Shown: positions 29,269 to 39,732 of the stretch, one piece after another
Position numbering within the stretch: the first letter of the stretch is position 1
Layout: each line of letters opens with the position of its first letter
Translations under genes and position numbers: made by a program
The notes under the pieces: model-generated
Told to the model about the DNA's origin: nothing
Seen by the model: only the letters and a program-made list of their open reading frames with translations
Database searches by the model: none
DNA from: Bacteroidia bacterium
Lineage (GTDB): Bacteria > Bacteroidota > Bacteroidia > M30B66
Direction: 5' to 3'
Assembly: GCA_965279035.1 (NCBI GenBank)
Contig: OZ257142.1
Location: forward strand, 2,560,001 to 2,624,000
DNA: 64,000 bases

Positions 29269-32200
29269 TTAATTCATTCGGGTAGATTCTAACAATTTAG
29301 CCAGAGCGTTCACTGCTTGATCTAAATTACCCGTTTGTTCCATCACCAAAGTGAGTTTATTGTTTCGTTCTTTTAAACGTGCTTTTCCTGGAAAGCGTGT
29401 TAAAAACTGCATCAAGCGTCCAAAAAAATCGCTTTGATAGAAGCTACTTTGTTGATTCTGTACAAAGTAACCGACAAAGGTTTTCTGTTTTAACACAACT
29501 TTCTCAAAGCCCATGTCTTTGGCAATCCAACGTAAACGGATGGCATTCATTAACTCCAAAGTTGGCTTAGGCACTGCACCAAAACGATCGGTTAACTGCT
29601 TTTCAAATTGTAGCAATTCATCTTCAGTTTCCATATTATCGAGGTCCTTGTATAAGAGCAAACGTTCGTAATATTGGTTACATAAGCATCTGGAATGAGG
29701 ATTTCTAAATCGGTATCAATCTGACAATCGCTTACCCATACTTTTCGTTTTTCTTCGAGTTCTTCGTGAAACAACTCTTTAAAATCACTCTCCTTTAATT
29801 CCTGAATGGCCTCATCGAGAATTTTATTGTACATCTCAAATCCAATTTCAGAAATAAACCCACTCTGTTCACCACCTAAAAGATCTCCGGCACCCCGAAT
29901 ATCTAAATCACGCATGGCGATGTTAAAACCACTTCCTAATTCAGCAAAATCTTCAATGGCTTTCAATCTTTTACGCGCATCACTTGTGAGCAAAGAAACT
30001 GGCGTAGTGAGCAAATAGCAAAATGCTTTTTTGTTGCTCCGACCAACTCGGCCCCGCATCTGATGCAAATCGCTCAATCCAAATAAATGGGCATTATTAA
30101 TCAATATCGTATTGGCATTCGAAATGTCCAATCCCGATTCAATGATAGTCGTTGCTACTAATACATCGTAATCGCCGTCGATAAAACGCATCATTACATT
30201 TTCCAATTCTTCAGGCTCCATTTGTCCGTGTCCACAACACACACGAACACCTGGGCAAAGGCGGCGAATCATATCTCCAACTTCTTGAATGTTTTGGACA
30301 CGATTATGAACAAAGAAAACTTGTCCGCCACGTTGAACCTCAAAAGTGACAGCATCACGAATGAGTTCTTCATTAAACGTGTGCAACTCGGTTTGAACGG
30401 GGTAGCGATTGGGTGGAGGTGTATTGATAATGCTTAAATCACGAGCACCCATCATGCTAAAATGCAAGGTGCGCGGAATTGGTGTTGCTGTTAATGTTAG
30501 AGTGTCAACATTAATTTTAATTTGTTTGAGTTTTTCTTTTGCAGCTACTCCAAATTTCTGTTCTTCATCAATAATCATCAAGCCCAAATCTTTGAACTTG
30601 ACATCTTTACTTATGATACGATGCGTACCAATGAGGATATCAATTTCACCTTTTGCTAATCGTTCGAGCGTTTCTTTTTGTTGTTTGGGCGATTTAAAAC
30701 GGTTGATGTAGTCGACATTACAGGGAAATTGCGACAATCGTTCTGCAAAAGTTTTATAATGCTGTAAAGCTAAAATGGTAGTTGGAACAAGTATCGCCAC
30801 TTGTTTGCTATCGTTTACAGCCTTGAATGCAGCACGTACAGCAATTTCGGTTTTCCCAAAACCCACATCACCACAAACCAAACGATCCATGGGAGCATCT
30901 TTTTCCATATCACGCTTAACATCGCGCGTTGCTTTTACTTGATCGGGTGTGTCTTCATAGATAAAAGAAGCTTCCAATTCATCTTGCAAATACGTGTCTT
31001 TCCCAAATGCAAAACCCTTCTTAGTGCGACGTTCAGCGTAAAGTTTAATTAAATCACGCGCAATATCTTTAACCCGGCTTTTCGTTTTCTGCTTGAGATT
31101 TGCCCAAACTGCACTTCCTAATTTATTTAATTTCGGTTCGGTTCCTTCTTTCCCTGTAAATTTTGAAATACGATGTAATGAATGAATACTAACGTATAAA
31201 ATGTCATTGTCGCGATACACTAAACGAATGGCTTCTTGCTGTTTTCCATTGACATCAATCTTTTCAAGTCCTGCATATTTCCCAACACCATGATCCACAT
31301 GAGTCACATAATCACCGGGTTGAAGGCCTTTCAGTTCTTTTAATGTGATGGCTTCTTTGCGAGCATAACCATCTTTGAGCTTAAACCGATGATACCGATC
31401 AAATAATTGATGATCAGTAAAACAAACAATTTTTAATTCCGGATCGGAAAATCCTTCATGCAGAGAATGATTCACCGGAATGAAATGTATTTCCTTTCCT
31501 ATGTCTTCGAATATTGCATAAATGCGTTCAATTTGACGAGTGTTATCACTGAAAATAAAATTCTCCATTCCAGCCTTGGTGTTGGCTGTAAGCTGTTTCG
31601 TGATGAGATCGAAATTTTTATTGAAGCTTGGTTGAGGAATTCCGGTAAAAGTAAATGCATCTTTTTTAGAAAAAACTGCACCACTTCCATTTTCAATAAT
31701 CGAAAAATGAAGAAGTTGATTACTTAATAATTCTCTTGAGCAATATAATTCATCAGGAGCTAATTGAACAGTTGAGTTCTCCATGAATGAATACGTCAAT
31801 TCTGCTTTATCGTATTCGTTTGAAATCAGTTGAAGACATAATTCTGTTTCACGCAACCAAATGAGTGAATTTTTAGGGATAAAATCGAGGAAGCTCTCTC
31901 GACTTTCTTGAAGTATTTTCCCTTGAATATCTGGGACGATATGAATAAAATCGAGGTTGCGAGTTGATAATTGATCAACAGGATTAAACGATCGAATAGA
32001 ATCCACTTCTTCCCCAAAAAATTCAATGCGAAAAGGTTCATCATCCGAAAATGAAAATACATCTAATATTCCACCTCGTATTGCAAATTGACCGGGTTCA
32101 ACCACAAAGTCAACACGTTCGAATTCATATTCATGTAAAAAATCATGTACAAATTCAATTGATAAGCGCTCTCCACGTTTAAGTTGAAATGTATTTTTTT

Positions 32201-32618
32201 TGAGATTTCCATGAGTAACAACACGCTCGAAAAGTGCTTCCGGGTATGTTACAATGATTGGAGGTCGTTTATCAGAATTTATCGTACTCAACACTTCAGC
32301 ACGTAATAATTTATTATTCCCATCATTGCTCTCCAATTCATAAGGCTTTTTATAGGAGGCTGGGAAAAATAGAACATTTGAATTAGGCAATAAACATTGT
32401 AGGTCATTTAAAAAATAAGCAGCTTCTTCTCTTCCAGGAATAACAAGTAAAACTGTTTTTTCGAGGATTTCTGCTAAACTCGCTGCTATAAATGAAGCTT
32501 GTGAACCTGCAATTCCTTTTAATAAAATTCTGCTTTCATGATTTACTTTCAATTGTGAAAGCATCTGATTGAGCACAGAATGTGAATGATATAACTTAAG
32601 AATGTCGTGTGAAGTCAA
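29269..32618 (-). CDS. mfd: Transcription-repair coupling factor, with a one-base frameshift near 29667
   Basis: CarD/TRCF domain, GDVGFGKTE, DEEQKFG, TATPIPRT, QMRGRVGR; C-terminal part continues in ORF 29269-29661 (..YVTNITERLLLYKDLD..). Confidence 0.95.
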
Positions 32619-32846
32619 AGCAGTAAAAACAAAGAAAGCAGAACATTCGTTTTTAAAGAATGTTTAACCAATTAGTGTTGCGAAGATAGTGAAACACACA
32701 TTGAGTTTGAGTTTGATGTGATTGGAAGATTTTAAAACAAATCCTAAGATTTGAACGCGATTATTCAAATTGTTCATCTATTAAATTATATAGGAATAAT
32801 AACAAATCCATAAATTGACTTGGATCAAAATGATTAATATTACACC

Positions 32847-33215
32847 ATGCAATTCAATGTTTTAGGAGGAGAATTAGCACCGTGTTGCTTAGATCCAATA
32901 ACTGGTTATTATCGAGATGGGCATTGTCATACGAGTAATGAAGATATTGGTGTTCATACGGTTTGTGCAAAAGTTACCGCTGTATTTTTAGATTTCTCCA
33001 AACGAATGGGAAATGACCTCTCCACGCCTAGCCCAGAAAATAATTTTCCCGGATTAAAACCAGGAGATACTTGGTGTGTTTGTGCTTCACGCTGGAAACA
33101 AGCCTATGAAATGGGAACTTCTTGTCCAATCATTTTGTCATCTACACATGAAAAAACTCTAGAGCTCATTCCATTAGAAATATTAATGGAAAATGCTGCT
33201 GATTTATTGAGTTAA
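32847..33215 (+). CDS. DUF2237 protein
   Basis: NVLG..L..C..DP.TG.YRDG.C, H.VCA, GNDLSTP, FPGLKPGD.WC.CA.RW. Confidence 0.93.
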   Translation: MQFNVLGGELAPCCLDPITGYYRDGHCHTSNEDIGVHTVCAKVTAVFLDFSKRMGNDLSTPSPENNFPGLKPGDTWCVCASRWKQAYEMGTSCPIILSSTHEKTLELIPLEILMENAADLLS

Positions 33216-33218
33216 AAA

Positions 33219-34094
33219 TTAATTAGAGAATCGTAAAAGATAATATCCTAATTGGAACCCAAATATGCGATAAGGTTGATAAATCGTTTGATTGTTATAA
33301 GGTATATACAATTTACTTGTTAGCATTGATAAACTTAGTGAGTAACGATTATGGTAAACTAATCCAATACCAAGTGATCGAGTGAAACCATTTCCTTTCA
33401 CGGATTCGAGCGTATAAATAAATCCATTGTTTGTATAAAAACGGATTCCGGGTGCTTTCATCCTGATCAATCCAATTTGGGCTTGAATAAACAATTGAAA
33501 ATCATCGTTCAACTCGGTTGTCCATGTAATTCCAGAATTCAAATGAATGGCTCTCCAAGGACTTGCAATAGTAGTTAATACTTTTACATTTAATTGAGTT
33601 TCTTGAATTGTTGAAAATTCTGATTTATTAAAAGGATTATTTACCAATAAAAATTGAGTACTCCAGAACAATTGATTTCGGGTTCGAACCCAAGCAGAAG
33701 CCTGAAAAAATGATCCTGTTTTTGCAAAGCCAGCATATTGTGAATTCGAACTAGAAAATGAACCTGAAGGCAGAGACATACCAGCACTAACAGAAAAATT
33801 AAATTGATCATCGATTAAAACACGATGGACAACTGTCTCTTTACTTTTTGATAAGTGATTTGAAATAGGAATTGTGTTTATTGATTTTTTTAGGACTTGG
33901 CTCTCAGAGATATAAATGATTGTATTTCCGGGAGTTTGGACTTGAATACTACCTTTAGAACCCGGATTTAATATTTTACCAACTATTATTTTCCCATTTA
34001 AAAGGAATACTGAGTCTTGAGCTATTGGTTCAATTTGAGCATTTAAACTAAAACTCAAAAAAAGAATATAAACTAGTAGAAAATAATATTTCAT
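33219..34094 (-). CDS. Hypothetical exported protein, probable outer-membrane beta-barrel
   Basis: Signal peptide; D.V.L.NG.II.G.I N-terminal domain; amphipathic strands ending FQLGYY. Confidence 0.7.
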   Translation of the reverse strand: MKYYFLLVYILFLSFSLNAQIEPIAQDSVFLLNGKIIVGKILNPGSKGSIQVQTPGNTIIYISESQVLKKSINTIPISNHLSKSKETVVHRVLIDDQFNFSVSAGMSLPSGSFSSSNSQYAGFAKTGSFFQASAWVRTRNQLFWSTQFLLVNNPFNKSEFSTIQETQLNVKVLTTIASPWRAIHLNSGITWTTELNDDFQLFIQAQIGLIRMKAPGIRFYTNNGFIYTLESVKGNGFTRSLGIGLVYHNRYSLSLSMLTSKLYIPYNNQTIYQPYRIFGFQLGYYLLRFSN

Positions 34095-34143
34095 CGAAGC
34101 AAGTTACGAATGAAACATTCAATTTGAACTCTTTATAAAATGG

Positions 34144-35088
34144 TTATTTTTTAAGAAACATACCTAAAAACAAGATTCCAAAAAACAGAATACTAAACGT
34201 AGCTAGTTTCCAGTATTTTGAAAAGAATTGTTGAACTCTCATTTCTGGGAAATTATACCCTAATATGAGTGATTCTATCGATTTTAAAGATGCTTGATCT
34301 TTTGATGGAGAGTAGGAATTATACGCTGAATCTTTGTAGAATTGAATACTATTCATTACTTGATGAATATCATTTTGAAGTATTTCAAGAACCGATTTAT
34401 CTGCAACAGATGTAAAACGTAAATATCCATTTCGCCCAAGAAAACAAATAGTTGCGCAAATTCTTGGCTCTTTTTCTTTACCAATTCGAATGTCTTCTAT
34501 CCAATAAAGAGTATGAAGTTTACTATCAAAATGAGGTTCTAATGCCCAACCGTTTAAATGAATTTCTTCTAGGTTATCCTTAATTCTGTTAGCATTTGTA
34601 CTATCAATCGATTTTATATAATGATCAATAAAATAGTCCTCATTCAATATATCTTCATTATCAATAAAAACGTGACCATCATGAAAATAATCAATTGTAA
34701 ATACAATAGCATTGGAAGAGAAAACTGGAATTCCTTTTTTTGCAAGTATGCCCAGATGCTTTGCATTACTTGGAGATTCTCCCCAATAATTAACAACCAT
34801 ATTGAGTGTTTGGATCGAATCTAAAAAATGATACGTTCCTGGAGTTTTGATTTTAGCAATTCGTTCTTTTAATTCAAAAGTTCCTTCTTTAAAAGAAAAC
34901 TCTGATTCAATGTCATTGCTAATTTTTTTGATATCAAGTGAATCAAAATCTTCAGATATCTGTTTTCCCATTAGATTGGAAATGGTGAAAATAGAAATAC
35001 CTAAAAGCACTAATTTTAAAGAGAATGAATTTAACAATTGAAAATAATTATTTAAAATTAGGCAAGTATATAGTAAATAGTATTTCAC
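34144..35088 (-). CDS. DUF2167-like membrane-anchored protein
   Basis: GHV..D, L.GWA.EP.FD...H.LYW, LGR.GYL, C-terminal FF.KYWK TM; start uncertain. Confidence 0.75.
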   Translation of the reverse strand: MKYYLLYTCLILNNYFQLLNSFSLKLVLLGISIFTISNLMGKQISEDFDSLDIKKISNDIESEFSFKEGTFELKERIAKIKTPGTYHFLDSIQTLNMVVNYWGESPSNAKHLGILAKKGIPVFSSNAIVFTIDYFHDGHVFIDNEDILNEDYFIDHYIKSIDSTNANRIKDNLEEIHLNGWALEPHFDSKLHTLYWIEDIRIGKEKEPRICATICFLGRNGYLRFTSVADKSVLEILQNDIHQVMNSIQFYKDSAYNSYSPSKDQASLKSIESLILGYNFPEMRVQQFFSKYWKLATFSILFFGILFLGMFLKK

Positions 35089-35152
35089 TTATTCATATAC
35101 TAAGAAAAATACTCCAAAAGGGTGATTTGGAAAAAAAATAGAAAATTAAATC

Positions 35153-36226
35153 TTAAGAATATCGTTCGCGTTCCCTTCGATGCATCGCTTTAAGAGGATT
35201 TTTAGAAATATCCTGAGCGATTTGTCGATTTCTAAAAATATCCATAGCTAAATAAATTGCTTCTCTAAAAGAATCTGGATTGGCGATATCTTTCCCTGCT
35301 ATATCATAGGCCGTTCCATGGTCTGGTGAAGTCCGAATAATTGGAAGTCCAGCAGTAAAATTAACTCCATGGTGAAATGCTATAGACTTAAATGGTACTA
35401 ATCCTTGGTCGTGATACATAGCCAATACTGCATCAAACTTTCTCCATTGTCCACTACCAAAAAACCCATCCGCTGAATAAGGTCCAAAGGCTAAAATTCC
35501 TTCTTCTTTTGCTTTTGAAATTGCAGGCTCAATCAAAGTAATCTCTTCATTTCCAAGTAATCCAGAATCACCAGCATGAGGATTTAATCCTAAAACAGCA
35601 ATTTTAGGTTTGGTAATGCAGAAATCTTGAATCAAGGATGAATTTAATATACGAATCTTCCCAAGTATATTTTCACTATTTAATAATCCTGAAACTTGCT
35701 GCAAAGGCACGTGTCCAGTGACAGTTCCAACACGAAGATTATCACTTACTAATAACATTAAGTACTCTTTACTATTGAATTTATTCGCTAGAAATTCAGT
35801 ATGCCCAGAGAAATTGAAATCCGGACCTTGAACATTACTTTTATTAAAAGGAGATGTAACAAGAACATCAATTAAACCGGATTGCAAATCTTCGGTAGCG
35901 CGCATGAGCGATTTAACTGCCCAAGCACCTGAAGCAGGAGTAGAATTACCAATATCCAATCCTACATCAATATCGGTTAGATTTATAAAGTTGCAATGGT
36001 TTTTAGCCGCCTTGCTTGCATCAGAAATTCCGAAAAAATTAAATTCAATTTTATCCAACAATTTTCGATGTTGTGTTGCCGCTTTATGAATTCCGTAGAC
36101 AATTGGCGTACAAAGCTCTAACATTGCATGATCCATGAATGTCTTCATTATCACTTCATATCCAATACCATTAAAATCGCCTTGTGTTATTCCAACTCGA
36201 ATGGAAGAATCTTTCCCTTCACTCAT
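35153..36226 (-). CDS. pdxA: 4-hydroxythreonine-4-phosphate dehydrogenase
   Basis: GD.NGIG.E, GHTEFL, GLNPHAGD, MYHDQGL, RTSPDHGTA. Confidence 0.97.
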   Translation of the reverse strand: MSEGKDSSIRVGITQGDFNGIGYEVIMKTFMDHAMLELCTPIVYGIHKAATQHRKLLDKIEFNFFGISDASKAAKNHCNFINLTDIDVGLDIGNSTPASGAWAVKSLMRATEDLQSGLIDVLVTSPFNKSNVQGPDFNFSGHTEFLANKFNSKEYLMLLVSDNLRVGTVTGHVPLQQVSGLLNSENILGKIRILNSSLIQDFCITKPKIAVLGLNPHAGDSGLLGNEEITLIEPAISKAKEEGILAFGPYSADGFFGSGQWRKFDAVLAMYHDQGLVPFKSIAFHHGVNFTAGLPIIRTSPDHGTAYDIAGKDIANPDSFREAIYLAMDIFRNRQIAQDISKNPLKAMHRRERERYS

Positions 36227-37659
36227 GATTTACACTTGTTTAAAATAAAATCAAACAATAATCGAACTCCTACTCCTGTTCCACCTTTCCCACGATACGA
36301 ATCCATCGATTCAACAAAAGCAGGTCCTGCAATATCCAAATGCACCCATGGATATTTGGTGAATTTTTCGAGAAATTTACCAGCAGTGTTTGCCCCAGCA
36401 TTTATTCCACCAATGTTCTTGATATCGGCTATGTCGCTTTTGAGCAATTCGGAATAATCATCCCATAGTGGAAATTCAACTAATCGTTCATGAACATTCT
36501 CACCACTTTGTTTCAATAAATCAAAATCAGAAGTGGCTGTTCCTAAGGCAACAATCCCATATTTACCAATTGCTCTTGCAGCAGCCCCAGTTAAGGTAGC
36601 TAAATCGACAACAAACTCTGGTTTGTATTTTTGGGCATACACCAAGGCATCACTTAAAATAAGTCGTCCTTCAGCATCTGTATTTAAAACTTCAACGGTA
36701 CTACCATCCGAAATTGTTATTACATCGCCCGGTACTATCGCATTTCCATCGGGTCTATTATCAGTACATGGAGCAAGCCCAATAACCCAAATAGGTAATT
36801 CTGCTTTCGAAATACAATAGAGTGCTCCAACAACAGAAGCCGCACCACCCATATCGCATTTCATAGTCATCATCCCATCATTGGGCTTTAAGCTTAAACC
36901 TCCAGTATCATATACAACTCCTTTCCCAACGAAAACATAAGGTTGAGAATTGATGCTTTTTTCGGGTTTATGTTCCATGACAATAAACACAGGTGGATCA
37001 ATAGAACCTTTGTTTACAGCCAATAAGCCTCCCATTTTTAATGCTTCAATTTTCGATTTATTAAAAACATCTACCTTAAAGCCAGCTTCTTTCCCTAATT
37101 TTTCTACATCTTTTCCAAACTGCACTGCAGTTAAATAGGATAAAGGTTCATTGACAAAATCGCGTGTTAGATAAATTCCTTCGGTGATGGTTGTTAAGTT
37201 ATGAATATCCTTGGAGGAAATTTTATCACTAATAACCTCAATTTTCTTCAATGAATTTTTCTCAATCTCAGACGTTGATCTGTATTTTAGAAATTGATAA
37301 TTCCCCAAAGAAATACCTTCAATAAAAGCAATAGCTAAATTCGGATCTGAACAACAATCACGGACTTGAATGGTTTTAATCTTTTGCGAATTAATTTGTT
37401 GCAGAACATTGAATCCTACTTTTCGCAAATACTCTTTGCTAAGATTGAGTGTTTTTTGAACCTCAATCATTACAATAAAACTAAAATGGGAGTAATGGTT
37501 TATTGCGATTAAATTCTTCTTCGATTTTATCTGCTCTTGAATGTATTTCCATTCACTTTTAGAAAATTCTTTTGAATGAAGATCTTCAATTGAATTTACA
37601 ATCAGTATTTGATCAATCTCCGATGATTTGCTTTTCTTAGATAGAGTAATTTTTAACAT
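36223..37659 (-). CDS. pepA: M17 leucyl aminopeptidase
   Basis: VGKGV.YDTGG..LK, MK.DMGGAA, NTDAEGRL, DLATLTGA. Confidence 0.95.
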   Translation of the reverse strand: MLKITLSKKSKSSEIDQILIVNSIEDLHSKEFSKSEWKYIQEQIKSKKNLIAINHYSHFSFIVMIEVQKTLNLSKEYLRKVGFNVLQQINSQKIKTIQVRDCCSDPNLAIAFIEGISLGNYQFLKYRSTSEIEKNSLKKIEVISDKISSKDIHNLTTITEGIYLTRDFVNEPLSYLTAVQFGKDVEKLGKEAGFKVDVFNKSKIEALKMGGLLAVNKGSIDPPVFIVMEHKPEKSINSQPYVFVGKGVVYDTGGLSLKPNDGMMTMKCDMGGAASVVGALYCISKAELPIWVIGLAPCTDNRPDGNAIVPGDVITISDGSTVEVLNTDAEGRLILSDALVYAQKYKPEFVVDLATLTGAAARAIGKYGIVALGTATSDFDLLKQSGENVHERLVEFPLWDDYSELLKSDIADIKNIGGINAGANTAGKFLEKFTKYPWVHLDIAGPAFVESMDSYRGKGGTGVGVRLLFDFILNKCKS

Positions 37660-37741
37660 TGCTACGATTTAGGGTAGCAAATGTAATAATTCAAGGCATT
37701 AAGGAGATCACGATCTGGTATAATTATACACTACCGTAGAG

Positions 37742-39691
37742 TTAACAAGGAATTTCGACTGTTATGGTAGTGCCTTTGCCAAGGGTTGAGTCAATAAATA
37801 AAGTTCCTTTCAAATATTCTACACGAGAACGAATGTTTTTTAATCCAATACCTTCGTTTTGTCCAGTGTTCTGAAAATCAAACCCAATTCCATCATCCTC
37901 AATAACCATCACCAATTCATGATCATGACGAATTAACTGAATACCAATAACATTAGCTTGAGCATGACGAAGTATATTATTTACAACTTCCTGCAAAACC
38001 CTAAAAATGACAGTTTCAATTGAAGGATCAAGTCTTTCGTGCAAATCGACTATTTCAAGATCAACTTTATACGTCCCACTTGCACTAATTTTCTGAACAA
38101 ATTCTCGTATTGCCCCTGTCAAACCATCTTTAACGAGCGCATTTGCCATCATAGCATGTGAAACAGCACGTACTTCTTTCACAGCATCATCGATAAGATT
38201 TGATGCATTCTCAAATAATTCGACTTGTTTTGTGCTATCCGGCTTCAAAATTCCACGAAGGCCAGATAAGGTGAGTTTAGCTGCCGAAAGCTGTTGTCCA
38301 ATACCATCATGAAGTTCACGAGCAATACGCACTCGTTCCCTCTCCTCTGCTTCCATAGCAGCTTTCGAACGTAATTCCTGTTGAATTAAAAGTTCAGCAT
38401 CCAACTTTCTTTTGTTGTTTAATTGCTTTCTATTATATAATAAATATCCTAGTAAAGCAAGTAATAATGCTAAGATAATAATTGAAATTGTAATGTACCT
38501 ACTTCGAATTAATGCTTCTGCCGATAATTGATTTTCTTTTATTAATAAAGCATTTTCTTGTTCTGTTCGTTCAGTTTCATACCGAGTTTCCATTTCTGTA
38601 AATTTCTCAGCCATGGTTTCCGAAAAAATGGAATCTTTTACATGATCCGATTTATCATAATATTTTAATGCTAATTGCTTCTTATTGGTCAACACATAAA
38701 GATCTCCGAAGGATTTATATAATTGAGGTAAATTATACCCAATCGAATCGCGTTCCGTAATAAACTCTGCTTTTTTTAAATATTCTTCTGCACGATCATA
38801 CTCTTGTAAATCGATATACACATTTCCAATATTCCCAAGGTAAAGTGCAATACTGTATGGGTTTTTAAAAATGGTTGCAATTGACAAAGCTCTTTGATAA
38901 TAGGCTAGTCCTTCTTTCGATTTTCCTAATTTCCGATAGTAAATCCCAACATTATTCAGTGCACCTTCTAAATTCACCGAATCTCCTATTTCCTCCCTTA
39001 ATGTTACAGTCTTTAATTCTAATTCTAATGCTTTTTTAAAATTTCCTTTACTTTCCTCTGCTGTTGCTAAATAATTCAAGGAATTCGCAATTCCGGCTTT
39101 ATCTCCCAATCGTGTTAATACTTGATACGCCTGTTTCGCATACATTTCTAATTTATCGAATTGGCGCATATTCATATATATAACACACAAGTTATTTAAT
39201 GTGTATGCTTCTTTCTTCTCATCTTTTAATTCTCTAAATATTTTTAATGCTTTTAATTGTGCATCATGTGCTTCATTTAAATAATTCATCTCAGTATAAC
39301 AATGCCCAATTTTACTGTAAGATGATGCTATTCCTATTTTATCTTTAATTTTTTGACGAATCAAAAGTGCTTTTTGATGATAATTTAATGCTTCTCTGAA
39401 TTTATTTTCCCCAATTAATACAATACCTATATCATTATATCCTGAAGCAATAAAATAATCTGAATGTATTTGTTCTGCTAGTTTCAATTCTAAATCAGCA
39501 TATTTTCGGGCTTTATCGATAGATACATACAAATATTCCCATGATAAATCTGAATATAAACGAAGTTTAGATGTGTCTTCTTGGGCATTCTTTAGCTTAT
39601 TTTCTAATTGCAAAATGGCATTCTCTTGTGCGTCCCCATTTTGAGGAAACAATACAAGAAACAACAGCAATAAATACAATGAATATCGCAT
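37742..39691 (-). CDS. TPR-ectodomain HisKA_3 sensor histidine kinase
   Basis: Signal peptide, about 7 TPRs, one TM, ARELHDGIGQ, DDGIGF, GIGLKNI. Confidence 0.95.
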   Translation of the reverse strand: MRYSLYLLLLFLVLFPQNGDAQENAILQLENKLKNAQEDTSKLRLYSDLSWEYLYVSIDKARKYADLELKLAEQIHSDYFIASGYNDIGIVLIGENKFREALNYHQKALLIRQKIKDKIGIASSYSKIGHCYTEMNYLNEAHDAQLKALKIFRELKDEKKEAYTLNNLCVIYMNMRQFDKLEMYAKQAYQVLTRLGDKAGIANSLNYLATAEESKGNFKKALELELKTVTLREEIGDSVNLEGALNNVGIYYRKLGKSKEGLAYYQRALSIATIFKNPYSIALYLGNIGNVYIDLQEYDRAEEYLKKAEFITERDSIGYNLPQLYKSFGDLYVLTNKKQLALKYYDKSDHVKDSIFSETMAEKFTEMETRYETERTEQENALLIKENQLSAEALIRSRYITISIIILALLLALLGYLLYNRKQLNNKRKLDAELLIQQELRSKAAMEAEERERVRIARELHDGIGQQLSAAKLTLSGLRGILKPDSTKQVELFENASNLIDDAVKEVRAVSHAMMANALVKDGLTGAIREFVQKISASGTYKVDLEIVDLHERLDPSIETVIFRVLQEVVNNILRHAQANVIGIQLIRHDHELVMVIEDDGIGFDFQNTGQNEGIGLKNIRSRVEYLKGTLFIDSTLGKGTTITVEIPC

Positions 39692-39732
39692 AGCCAATTT
39701 GTTATTATACTAAATCAACAATCAATTTAGTA

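Noticed and set aside
29269-29661. Separate 130-aa gene
   Set aside because: It is the C-terminal domain of frameshifted mfd
32641-32665. Hairpin GAACATTC...GAATGTTT in the mfd leader
   Set aside because: Weak AT-rich stem with no supporting features
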